46,852 bases of DNA from Chloroflexota bacterium (GTDB lineage Bacteria > Chloroflexota > Anaerolineae > Promineifilales > Promineifilaceae): positions 2,895 through 49,746 of the forward strand of contig JAHEJP010000001.1 in NCBI GenBank assembly GCA_024638855.1. The letters run 5' to 3'. The first letter of the stretch is position 1. Every line of letters begins with the position of its first letter. Both the position numbers and the translations under genes were made by a program. The notes under the pieces were generated by a model. That model saw nothing but the letters and a program-made list of their open reading frames with translations. It ran no database searches and had not been told where the DNA came from. This document shows positions 17,389-25,868 of this stretch, in pieces.

Positions 17389-19071
17389 TTATTCAAGATC
17401 ATCATAGGTAATGGTGAAGGCATCAGTGAAGTACTTAACGGCCAATTCTTCCAAGGTGCCATTAGCCTTCATCTCAGCCAGAGCCAGGTTTACAGGTTCG
17501 ACCAGGTCACTGCCTATGGGGTAGATGAAGCCTAGCGCGTCGCTAGATAACGATTCACCTACCAGCTTGAGCTCATCGGCATTCACACCCACGTAGCCCT
17601 GGCCGGCCGTCTCATCCATGAATACCACATCGACATCACCGCTAAGCAACGCCTGAACAGCAAACGGGAATGTCTCGTATCCCTTAATTCGATCAGGATC
17701 AAGGTATTGAGTTGCTGTTTCATAATTGGTCGTGCCTGTCTGGGTGCCTGGGATGATGCTTTCGTCATTTTGCACATCCTCAATCGAGTTGATTCGATCC
17801 TCATCTTCCCGAACCAAGAGGCGTTGCTCAATGTTGATGTAGCCTTCGGAGAAATCGACGATCTCAGCCCGATCCTCGGTGATGGTGATGCCATCGGCGG
17901 CAGCATCATACTGGCCGTCGGCCACAGCCTGGATCATACCTTCCCAGCCTGCTTCAACATAGACTGGGGTGCAATTCAGCAACTCGCAAATGGCGTCCCA
18001 GGCATCATAATCCCAGCCTTCCGGCTCACCAGAACTCGGATTGATGTAATTGAATGGCAGGTACTGGTTCTCAACAGCGATAATTACTTCGCGACCTTCC
18101 AAGTCGGGCAGAGCTCCGGCTTCTTCTTCCTCTGGGAATAGGTCGTCATAGGTAATGGTGAAGGCATCAGTGAAGTACTTAACGGCCAATTCTTCTAACA
18201 TACCATTGGCCTTCATCTCAGCCAGAGCCAGGTTTACAGGTTCGACCAGGTCACTGCCTATGGGGTAGATGAAGCCTAGCGCGTCGCTAGATAACGATTC
18301 ACCTACCAGCTTGAGCTCATCGGCATTCACACCCACGTAGCCCTGGCCGGCCGTCTCATCCATGAATACCACATCGACATCACCGCTAAGCAACGCCTGA
18401 ACAGCAAACGGGAATGTCTCGTATCCCTTAATTCGATCAGGATCAAGGTATTGAGTTGCTGTTTCATAATTGGTCGTGCCTGTCTGGGTGCCTGGGATGA
18501 TGCTTTCGTCATTTTGCACATCCTCAATCGAGTTGATTCGATCCTCATCTTCCCGAACCAAGAGGCGTTGCTCAATGTTGATGTAGCCTTCGGAGAAATC
18601 GACGATCTCAGCCCGATCCTCGGTGATGGTGATGCCATCGGCGGCAGCATCGTACTGGCCGTCGGCCACAGCCTGGATCATACCTTCCCAGCCTGCTTCA
18701 ACATAGACTGGGGTGCAATTCAGCAACTCGCAAATGGCGTCCCAGGCATCATAATCCCAGCCTTGCGGCTCACCAGAACTCGGATTGATGTAATTGAATG
18801 GCAGGTACTGGTTCTCAATGGCGATGGTCACTTCCCGGCCGCCAAGATCGGGTAAGCCACCGGTTTCGGCTTCAGCCTCTTCTTGTGCTGCTTCGACTTC
18901 TTCAGCAATTTGTGTCGCCGCGGCTTCAATTGTAGGGGCCACTTCTGTTGCCGCGGCTTCTAATGTCGGTGCAGCCTCCTCAATTGCTTCCTGAACCTCC
19001 CCTCCACAAGCCACCAAGAACAACACTAGAACTAGGAGCGTCAACAATCCGATAACTCGCGTCTTTCTCAT
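17389..19071 (-). CDS. Amino-acid ABC transporter substrate-binding lipoprotein with two tandem, near-identical SBP (family 3-like) domains
   Basis: ATG at 19071 is preceded by AAGGAG. Lipobox LFLVAC. An Ala/Glu-rich linker is followed by two ~248-aa copies (GREV.IA.ENQYLPFNYINPSSGEP.GWDYD...MDETAGQGYVG...). The longest ORF (to 19170) adds an implausible N-terminal extension. Confidence 0.85.
   Translation of the reverse strand: MRKTRVIGLLTLLVLVLFLVACGGEVQEAIEEAAPTLEAAATEVAPTIEAAATQIAEEVEAAQEEAEAETGGLPDLGGREVTIAIENQYLPFNYINPSSGEPQGWDYDAWDAICELLNCTPVYVEAGWEGMIQAVADGQYDAAADGITITEDRAEIVDFSEGYINIEQRLLVREDEDRINSIEDVQNDESIIPGTQTGTTNYETATQYLDPDRIKGYETFPFAVQALLSGDVDVVFMDETAGQGYVGVNADELKLVGESLSSDALGFIYPIGSDLVEPVNLALAEMKANGMLEELAVKYFTDAFTITYDDLFPEEEEAGALPDLEGREVIIAVENQYLPFNYINPSSGEPEGWDYDAWDAICELLNCTPVYVEAGWEGMIQAVADGQYDAAADGITITEDRAEIVDFSEGYINIEQRLLVREDEDRINSIEDVQNDESIIPGTQTGTTNYETATQYLDPDRIKGYETFPFAVQALLSGDVDVVFMDETAGQGYVGVNADELKLVGESLSSDALGFIYPIGSDLVEPVNLALAEMKANGTLEELAVKYFTDAFTITYDDLE
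17403..18817. repeat. 2 x 744-bp tandem direct repeat inside the SBP gene
   Basis: Offset is exactly 744 bp (17403 aligns with 18147). Between 17466-18073 and 18210-18817 I count only 2 mismatches (17909 a/g, 18021 c/g). The unit edges (17451-17465 and 18074-18130) are clearly more diverged. Confidence 0.95.
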
Positions 19072-19184
19072 CTCTTCAATTCTCCTTTTATTTTTTTTCT
19101 TACCAATGAATAAGGTTGTGTTCTGTATTACACTTGACCAGACAATAGGACGGCACTGTTGTTTGGCCAATATACAGATTCCTA

Positions 19185-19213
19185 TTGCTGACAGTATATT
19201 GAAAACAGATAAT
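19185..19213 (+). promoter_or_regulatory. Candidate sigma-70-type promoter for psuG
   Basis: TTGCTG (19185-19190), 17-nt spacer, GATAAT (19208-19213). GAGG lies 6 nt before the ATG at 19244. Confidence 0.3.
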
Positions 19214-19243
19214 TGGTCAATATCATGCGTAACTGAGGCTTTA

Positions 19244-20173
19244 ATGGATGATAATATCGAATTTCACACTGATGTTCAAAAAGCACTAAATGAGCAAAAA
19301 GCTGTCGTCGCTTTAGAAAGTACCGTCATCTCTCATGGTCTGCCTTACCCGGAGAATGTGGAGACGGCGCTCAATATGGAGGCGGCCGTCCGAGATGGGG
19401 GAGCTGTGCCAGCGACTGTGGCTATCCTCCAGGGACAAGTAAACGTTGGCCTGACGCCGGATCAATTAGAATACCTGGCTACACGGCCGGTGGGCCAGGT
19501 GCGAAAATGTAGTCGACGTGATCTCCCCTTAGCTGTGGCTCGCCGGGAAGATGGTGCCACGACCGTAGCTGGGACGATGATCATTGCTCATTTGGCCGGG
19601 ATCGAGATCTTCGCCACTGGGGGGATTGGTGGCGTACACCGAGGACACCCGTTTGATGTAAGTGCCGACCTCAGCGAGCTTGGTCGGACACCGGTCACCG
19701 TGGTTTGCAGCGGCGCCAAATCGATCCTTGACCTGCCTCTGACAAGAGAAATATTGGAAACAAATGGCGTGCCCCTCATCGGTTATGGCGTCAACGAAAT
19801 GCCGGCTTTCTTCTCCCGCAGCAGCGGATTATCTGTCGACGTCCAGCTCGATACAGCGGCCGAAGTAGCGGAGACGATCCTTGCCCGGCGGTCGCTCAAT
19901 TTGTTGTCCGGACTTTTGGTGACGGTTCCAGTGCCAGAGGCTGATGAATTCGATCCGCAGGTCGCCGAAGAGGCCATAGCCCAGGCTACACGAGAAGCGG
20001 ATGAAGCCGGCATCTTTGGACCTGAAACGACACCCTGGTTACTACGCCGGGTTGCCGTATTGACCGGTGGCCGAAGTATGAAGGCTAATCTCTCATTGTT
20101 AGCCAATAACGGCCGGGTCGCCGGCGCTATCGCAGTTGCCTTGAACCGACAGGAAATTGATATTAATTTATGA
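19244..20173 (+). CDS. psuG: Pseudouridine-5'-phosphate glycosidase
   Basis: VVALESTVISHGLPYPEN, GATTVAGTMIIAH and ATGGIGGVHRG motifs are characteristic of PsuG/IndA. ATG at 19244 (MDDNIEF). The upstream part of the ORF has no homology-like signal. Confidence 0.9.
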   Translation: MDDNIEFHTDVQKALNEQKAVVALESTVISHGLPYPENVETALNMEAAVRDGGAVPATVAILQGQVNVGLTPDQLEYLATRPVGQVRKCSRRDLPLAVARREDGATTVAGTMIIAHLAGIEIFATGGIGGVHRGHPFDVSADLSELGRTPVTVVCSGAKSILDLPLTREILETNGVPLIGYGVNEMPAFFSRSSGLSVDVQLDTAAEVAETILARRSLNLLSGLLVTVPVPEADEFDPQVAEEAIAQATREADEAGIFGPETTPWLLRRVAVLTGGRSMKANLSLLANNGRVAGAIAVALNRQEIDINL

Positions 20174-20180
20174 TTTCATC

Positions 20181-21659
20181 ATGACAAGGCCCGGAGGAGC
20201 TTCGCTTTCCAAATATAAACGTTTCTGGTTGCTGGCTTTATTAAGCCTGGCTGGCTACGTGGCCCTAAGCTTGTGGTTCCCTTTGCGCCCCAACTTTAAC
20301 TACAGCCCATCTCCGGATATCCGATCCTTGGCGCCTTCGCTCGTGGAATCGGCTGCCTACGGGATTTTGTTGTGTTTGCTTTTTATCATCTATTGGCTGG
20401 CCTACCGCTACGTGAAGGGACGAGGGACCGGTCTCCCATGGTCCGTTATCCTAATAACTGCGGCCGCCTTCTGCCTGCCGCTCATCTTCACCTTTCCGGT
20501 CAATGCCACCGATGCTTACCGCTACTTCCTACGCGGCCGTATTAGCATTGTTCATGCATTAAGCCCCTTCAGCACCACAGTTGCCGATCTCAGTGATGAA
20601 CCATATGCTTCCCTGGCAGGCGAATGGGCTAGCGAAACCTCACCATACGGACCCATTTGGGAAACAGCTGCAGCCGGTATCACCTTTGTCACAGCGGACA
20701 ATCTTTGGCTTGGTTTACTAGCGTTCAAGATATTCGCGGCCTCCTGTTTCCTTACCGCAGGTGCTATTATCTGGCTGTCTTCGGTTGGCGTTCCTGGTCC
20801 AAGGCGATCCGCCTTGCTTCTGCTATGGGCCTGGAACCCGTCCCTGCTGCTCATTTTCGCCATGGACGGTCATAATGACGCCTTCATGCTGCTTTGGTTA
20901 CTCGTTGGTTGGTGGTTGATCACCCGGGATAAGCCACAATGGGGCATGATCGTGATGTTGCTTGCCCCCCTTGTAAAACCGATCGGTTTACTGCCTTTGC
21001 CCTTTTTTTTCATCAGTATCTGGCAACAATATACGAACGGTAAGAAACGGTTGCGATTCTTGCTGACGACGGTCGTAGCCGCAGTTGTACTGGTAGGAGT
21101 CGCCTTTTCGCCTTTTGGTTCGCCAATAAGCCTGGCCCAACGCTTGATAAGCGAGGCGGGAAGCGGCGGTGGTTTTACGCCCATGGCCTGGCTTATACTT
21201 GAAGGCAGAAACCAGGGTACCAATCTATCAATTCAATGGGCGACCCGTCTGGGATCGCTGCTGCTGATCTTCCTGGCCATCTGGCTGTTATGGCGAACCT
21301 GGCGAGGTCGATCCCCCCTTCGAACGGCGGCCGATATTTTCGCTGGCTATATCATGCAGGCATTCCGATTTCGCATTTGGTATGCTGCCTGGCCTTTTCC
21401 ATGGCTGTTGCTCGACCAGGGAAGCAAAAACGAAAACGATATCCTTTCCAAAGCCAGGCTGGTAACCGGCATCACCTTTCTGCTCACTAGCCAGCTTTCC
21501 GTGCTCATCTATGGCCAAATCAGGACTGAATTATTGGCTAGCTCCCAGCTCCGCGCCCACCGGATCGGCATTCTATTTACATTCTTGTTACCCGTACTTG
21601 CCGGTCTCGCCGCAGCCTTCTATAACGCTCGTTTACGTGACCGCCAAAAAGAAAAATGA
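20181..21659 (+). CDS. Polytopic membrane protein, GT-C-fold glycosyltransferase-like (DUF2029/GT87-like)
   Basis: About 12 predicted TM helices. The first external loop carries acidic/aromatic residues (NATDAYRYFLRG). MDGHNDAFMLLWLL motif. ATG at 20181 lies 7 nt after the psuG stop. Confidence 0.5.
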   Translation: MTRPGGASLSKYKRFWLLALLSLAGYVALSLWFPLRPNFNYSPSPDIRSLAPSLVESAAYGILLCLLFIIYWLAYRYVKGRGTGLPWSVILITAAAFCLPLIFTFPVNATDAYRYFLRGRISIVHALSPFSTTVADLSDEPYASLAGEWASETSPYGPIWETAAAGITFVTADNLWLGLLAFKIFAASCFLTAGAIIWLSSVGVPGPRRSALLLLWAWNPSLLLIFAMDGHNDAFMLLWLLVGWWLITRDKPQWGMIVMLLAPLVKPIGLLPLPFFFISIWQQYTNGKKRLRFLLTTVVAAVVLVGVAFSPFGSPISLAQRLISEAGSGGGFTPMAWLILEGRNQGTNLSIQWATRLGSLLLIFLAIWLLWRTWRGRSPLRTAADIFAGYIMQAFRFRIWYAAWPFPWLLLDQGSKNENDILSKARLVTGITFLLTSQLSVLIYGQIRTELLASSQLRAHRIGILFTFLLPVLAGLAAAFYNARLRDRQKEK

Positions 21660-22476
21660 GCATGCTGACATAGGCCCAGGTCAGAAAGGCAATGATGGTC
21701 GTCAATGAGCCATAGACAATGTTCGACGTAGTCAGAAAATTGCTCACGAAGTAAAAGAAGATATGTTTGGCCAGTTCCCAAAGCACGCCTGCGATAATGG
21801 CCCCGACGACGACATCCCTCCAAGAGAGCTTGGCGTGGGGCAACATCCTATAGAGCACCAAAAAAAGCAGCGCGCTCACAATCGCAGAACCAAAACCGCC
21901 CAAATAAGGCGAAATCTCGATAATCCTTTCGGGAAGCAGGCGATTGACTATGGGGACGGCCACACTCCAGGCAAAGGATCCAATTAGTAGTAGGATGCTC
22001 ACACCAAGGGTGGCCCCGACGGCCATGGCCCGGTGTCGCCAGGCAGGCCGGATCATTACCTCTTCCCAAATATTATCCATTGAGCGAGTCAACATATAAA
22101 AGATAGAAGAAGCTGACCAGATAAGGAGAACAGCAGAGAGCCGGGTGATAGCGCCCCTTGTTCTGTAAATACGCTCCAAATTGGCGCCTAACAATTCGTC
22201 AAGGGCCGGCACGACGAACTCCAGGCGCTCCATAATCATTTGATTGTCCAAGTAGGGATCGAACCAAAAACTGACTATCGCTACGATTAAGAGTATGAGT
22301 GGAAATACGGATAGTAAAGTGAAATAAGCAGTTGCCGCTGCATAGAGAGATGACTGGAAGGATAATACATCTCGTAATGACTCAAAAAGCAGCAAGAACC
22401 AGCCCCTGGTCTGGCGATTGAGCCAGGTCATGCCATCTCGCCCTCGGGTCTGAATATCCGTGATGATGCTCAACAT
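21577..22476 (-). CDS. YihY/BrkB (virulence factor BrkB / former RNase BN) family membrane protein
   Basis: Six-TM pattern and the C-terminal signature ...NIVYGSLTTIIAFLTWAYVSMLIFLFGGHVN. Alternative start at 22431 (MTWLNRQ). Confidence 0.85.
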   Translation of the reverse strand: MLSIITDIQTRGRDGMTWLNRQTRGWFLLLFESLRDVLSFQSSLYAAATAYFTLLSVFPLILLIVAIVSFWFDPYLDNQMIMERLEFVVPALDELLGANLERIYRTRGAITRLSAVLLIWSASSIFYMLTRSMDNIWEEVMIRPAWRHRAMAVGATLGVSILLLIGSFAWSVAVPIVNRLLPERIIEISPYLGGFGSAIVSALLFLVLYRMLPHAKLSWRDVVVGAIIAGVLWELAKHIFFYFVSNFLTTSNIVYGSLTTIIAFLTWAYVSMLIFLFGGHVNERYRRLRRDRQVRVTRM

Positions 22477-22499
22477 GCGACGAAAATAATTCCTTTAAT

Positions 22500-25379
22500 T
22501 CACTCAGCAACCAACGGCCGAAGAATCAAGGCATCATTGTCCACGATTCCGGGCATCCTGACCAATAGTCTACGTCCCGTCTCAGGTAAATAAAGACCAA
22601 CCTCGACTAAATAGTTGCCGGGAGATAGTTCGTCAGGTAGTTCAATGACATATTCATCGACTACAACTTCGCCTGCGATCCACCTGCCGGTAGGGTAGAT
22701 TCCTTGTTGGGGCTGGATATCTTGCTGCCAAACACAGCAGTTACCGTCGGGATCAAGCACATGGACGAAAACTGTATAGTTTTTTGCCGGTTCTTTCAAG
22801 GCTTGCCAAACTAGGCTCAATTCATAACGATCAGGGTCTTTTTTCTCAATGGAATAACCCAGGAGGGAGATTTCTTCGCCAAAAGTCGCTGCCAGAGGGA
22901 ACTGGCTCTTGGGCGGATTAAACAAACGATCGGCCGTCTCTACGGTCAGCTTGCCCAGTCCAGCCGTCATCAAAGTATCTTCAGCGTCGCTCATCAATCG
23001 CATCCTTAGCTCATAATCACCTGGTGGCAACGACTCCGGAACCTGTGGCATCTGGTGATCGATAATGAATTGCGGCTCCGTCCAATCCGAAAACGGGTAA
23101 GTTCCGTGCACGGGCTGGCTATTCAATAAGATCCGGCCGACATTGTTTGGGGCTACTAATTCTAATCTGGTCGTCATGGCAGAAAGGGGAGCTGTCGCTT
23201 CCCACCAAAGCGATAACCAGAATGGGGCCCCAGTCATTACCGTCTCTACCCCTCGCTCGAAACCGAGCAGCGTCAGATCTGGGCTGGCGATTTGATTCAA
23301 CTCATGAGGTATTTCTGGTGCAGTGCCAGGCAGCGAAGGATCAGTCACACGGATATCGTCGATAGTAAAGGAATTTCCTGCATAGCGACGGGCGCTGTCC
23401 AGGTGGGCTAACTGCTGGCCGTCATCAGGATTAAAGAGACCAACCCGCAGCCGGTAGACGGCCGGCGGCATTCCCGGGGGAATAGGCACCTCAACCTGCT
23501 GGATAAAAACGTCTCCCGCCGTCCACTGTTCGGCCGGATAGGTGGACAGTTCTTTTTGGCTCCAACGGTAACCCCATTCATCCTCAAGATGCAGGAAGGG
23601 CACATAATTGCCGGACGGTGGTTTTTCTACGCGCCAATACAACGTCACCGGCATTGTATCACCTGAAGTAGCGGCGCCCAGATCGTAGCCTAACAGGGTA
23701 GCCTCATTGCCGAAATTGGCGTTGGCCTCAACTGATGGGCTGGGCACAGGTGATTGCGATCGATGGTATACAGCGAAGGTGGGTTCACCGTCTGGTCCGT
23801 CTGGTCCTTTGAAGCTGGGTTCGGCCGGAAAAAATGACGCCGCCCACTCTGGCAGAGGGCTATTATGGCTAAAAATATAAGTTGCCGGGCCTTCGGCCGG
23901 AAAAGCCAGGGCCTGGCTCTTGGGCAGCCACTTGAGACGATCATACTGGTTGCTTAAAAATGCAATAGTAGGATGACGATAGTGGAGTGCCGTGACAAAT
24001 AAAGTTCCCTGATCCAGGCCGGCAACTTCCAAATATCGGGCAACTTCGACTAAATCGGCATCCGAATCATAGTAGAGGTCTTCGCGAACTCTCCACTCAA
24101 CGAAATAAGCCTGAGCCGTGGTGACGGCGCCTACCAGCAAGACAAGGGAAAGGATGACGACAGTCAGAACTGATTTTTGATCGTCCAACTGCCGGGCAGC
24201 TATGACGATCCAGAAGCGTCCAAGCCCATGTTGAGTGAGCCTTTCGACTAGACGCTGAATCCAAGTCACTAGCTGAAAAAAACCGACCGCTGGCAGAAAA
24301 TACAAAAATGGCGCTAAACCAATAGCACGCAAATTGCTAGGGACGATTTCACCTACAGCCAAAGCCGTAGGCAATAACATGAAGAACGGTATGAGTAAAA
24401 GCAACAGGTAAGCTGCCCGTCGCCAGTCGCTACTTAGTTTTCGATAATGCACTATTAGATATAGCCAGCCGGCGATGAGTAAGATCCCCCATAAGATGTG
24501 CATGATGGGTTGAAAAGGTATGTTGAAGCGCCAGTAAGGATCACCGTTCAGGAAAATCATCCCCAATGATTCCAGGTAGCTGCTCACCAGGAAAGCGAAG
24601 GAATTTCCGGCCGGGCCAACCTGACCAATTCGAACCCAAAATGTTTCTGGCTGGCGCAGAAAGTAGATGATTAGGGGCAGCAAGACGACAAAGGCGACGA
24701 CAACAGCCAGCGCCAATTGCCGCCAGCGTCCGGGCCGACGACATCGGCCGGCCAACAAGGGCAGAGACGCCAGAAGGAGGGGAATCGGGAATACTCTGGC
24801 TGCTAGATAGGTGTAAGCCGTTAAACCCAAAAACAGGCCGGCTAAAGCCAGCCAGGGCCAGGAATCTCGCCGCAAACCTCGAAACAAGGCAGCAATAGCT
24901 AGTGCCTGCAGCAAGGGCTGGTTGATAGCCCGAAAACCTAAACGGCTGAACAATACCTGCCAGAAGCCAACGGCCAGCAAGATAGCGGTCAAGACTGCCA
25001 GACGGCGGTCGCCAAATAACTCCACTCCTAGCCAGTACGTGACGGCGATGGTTAGCAGGCCGATAAAGGCGGATGCCAACCTTAGGGTAAAAATGGAGGC
25101 GCCAATCGTCCGCATGAGCCCACCTGCCAGGTAGAAGAACAAGACCTCTTTACCTGTATAACTGGCGATAAATATCGGCCGCTCGTCTCCACGCCCAATT
25201 TCAGCTGCCAAAATACCGTTCGCTGCTTCATCATAATGAAGGCCGGGGGGTGTTTCCGTTAAGTTGGTCAGACGAAGCGCTGCAGCAACCAACAAACACA
25301 GTAACATTAGTTGCAAGGCCATACGACGACTCATGTACCCGATTTTATCGGCTGGCAGCTTTTCGGTCGATATGGCCAA
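22500..25379 (-). CDS. GT39/ArnT-PMT-like membrane glycosyltransferase with a C-terminal triple beta-sandwich-like repeat
   Basis: N-terminal ...PPGLHYDEAANGILA... is the GT-C first-loop acidic motif. About 12 TM helices. The C-terminal ~390 aa contain three ~110-aa units, each starting [TS]LLG[YF]. Alternative start at 25334. Confidence 0.8.
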   Translation of the reverse strand: MAISTEKLPADKIGYMSRRMALQLMLLCLLVAAALRLTNLTETPPGLHYDEAANGILAAEIGRGDERPIFIASYTGKEVLFFYLAGGLMRTIGASIFTLRLASAFIGLLTIAVTYWLGVELFGDRRLAVLTAILLAVGFWQVLFSRLGFRAINQPLLQALAIAALFRGLRRDSWPWLALAGLFLGLTAYTYLAARVFPIPLLLASLPLLAGRCRRPGRWRQLALAVVVAFVVLLPLIIYFLRQPETFWVRIGQVGPAGNSFAFLVSSYLESLGMIFLNGDPYWRFNIPFQPIMHILWGILLIAGWLYLIVHYRKLSSDWRRAAYLLLLLIPFFMLLPTALAVGEIVPSNLRAIGLAPFLYFLPAVGFFQLVTWIQRLVERLTQHGLGRFWIVIAARQLDDQKSVLTVVILSLVLLVGAVTTAQAYFVEWRVREDLYYDSDADLVEVARYLEVAGLDQGTLFVTALHYRHPTIAFLSNQYDRLKWLPKSQALAFPAEGPATYIFSHNSPLPEWAASFFPAEPSFKGPDGPDGEPTFAVYHRSQSPVPSPSVEANANFGNEATLLGYDLGAATSGDTMPVTLYWRVEKPPSGNYVPFLHLEDEWGYRWSQKELSTYPAEQWTAGDVFIQQVEVPIPPGMPPAVYRLRVGLFNPDDGQQLAHLDSARRYAGNSFTIDDIRVTDPSLPGTAPEIPHELNQIASPDLTLLGFERGVETVMTGAPFWLSLWWEATAPLSAMTTRLELVAPNNVGRILLNSQPVHGTYPFSDWTEPQFIIDHQMPQVPESLPPGDYELRMRLMSDAEDTLMTAGLGKLTVETADRLFNPPKSQFPLAATFGEEISLLGYSIEKKDPDRYELSLVWQALKEPAKNYTVFVHVLDPDGNCCVWQQDIQPQQGIYPTGRWIAGEVVVDEYVIELPDELSPGNYLVEVGLYLPETGRRLLVRMPGIVDNDALILRPLVAE

Positions 25380-25580
25380 GGTAATGAGTAAGCCGAAATT
25401 AAAGAATATTTCTCCGTTTATGTGTGCAACGGCTCAACTTTTTGATGAATATCATGGTGAAATAACTGTTGTAGCGGTCACATAAGATGAAATAAATCTG
25501 GTCAAGACCGGCTAATAACTACCACATATCCGTCATTTTCTTATGGGACCACTGCATCTGGTACCACAGTAAGGTGTCTA

Positions 25581-25598
25581 TTGTGATGTTTGTCACAA
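25581..25598. promoter_or_regulatory. Perfect CRP/FNR-superfamily-type palindrome TTGTGA-N6-TCACAA
   Basis: The sequence TTGTGATGTTTGTCACAA lies in the divergent intergenic region between the GT39 gene (-) and the candidate sRNA/murJ (+). Confidence 0.4.
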
Positions 25599-25677
25599 GC
25601 GTAGGTTTGGCGTAGGCCGGGCGACGGTTGGGCGTACAGTCGAAATAGGCGGAGTGTCATAAACTATATATCAAGAG

Positions 25678-25791
25678 ACATAAGTACGGTTAAATCTCTT
25701 CTTCTCCTCCTTTTAACGAGAGTCAGGGTTCGGCGTCCCTGACTCTCACAGAAATCTGAGCGGGCTGATTAATCAATCAGCCCGCTTTTTT
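25678..25791 (+). ncRNA. Candidate small RNA or murJ leader: CU-rich anti-SD-like tract + 11-bp hairpin + intrinsic terminator (5' end uncertain)
   Basis: CTCTTCTTCTCCTCCTTTT (25696-25714). Hairpin GAGAGTCAGGG/CCCTGACTCTC (25718-25747). Terminator at 25760-25791. No + strand ORF ends here. Confidence 0.3.
25760..25791 (+). terminator. Rho-independent terminator
   Basis: An 11-bp perfect GC-rich stem (GCGGGCTGATT / AATCAGCCCGC), a 4-nt loop, then TTTTTT. Confidence 0.8.
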
Positions 25792-25831
25792 GTTATTTAG
25801 GCCTCGCCTTGGGCAAATGCGGTTCAACACC

Positions 25832-25860
25832 TTCAATTTTGAAACGTGACACACTATAAT
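25832..25860 (+). promoter_or_regulatory. Candidate promoter giving a leaderless or near-leaderless murJ mRNA
   Basis: TTCAAT (25832-25837), 17-nt spacer, TATAAT (25855-25860). The ATG at 25869 is only 8 nt downstream, and there is no SD motif. Confidence 0.3.
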
Positions 25861-25868
25861 CCTCCCTG

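Noticed and set aside
17707-18855. Two nearly identical + strand ORFs (17707..18141 and 18451..18855) that could be mistaken for duplicated small genes or an IS remnant.
   Set aside because: They are the antisense shadow of the 744-bp tandem repeat inside the minus-strand SBP gene. They have no RBS, no transposase-like motifs and no terminal inverted repeats.
25264-25485. A 73-aa + strand ORF that could be the gene ended by the 25760-25791 terminator.
   Set aside because: It ends 275 nt before the terminator, overlaps the 5' end of the GT39 gene in antisense and has no RBS. It is therefore not the source of the terminated transcript.
25655-25714. Minus-strand AAAGGAGGAG followed by a tiny ORF (ATG TCT CTT GAT ATA TAG), considered as a leader peptide for the GT39 gene.
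   Set aside because: The ATG lies ~22 nt after the SD-like tract, which is too far. The ORF has only 5 codons, and the hairpins have a U-tract only in the + orientation. The + strand sRNA/leader reading fits better.
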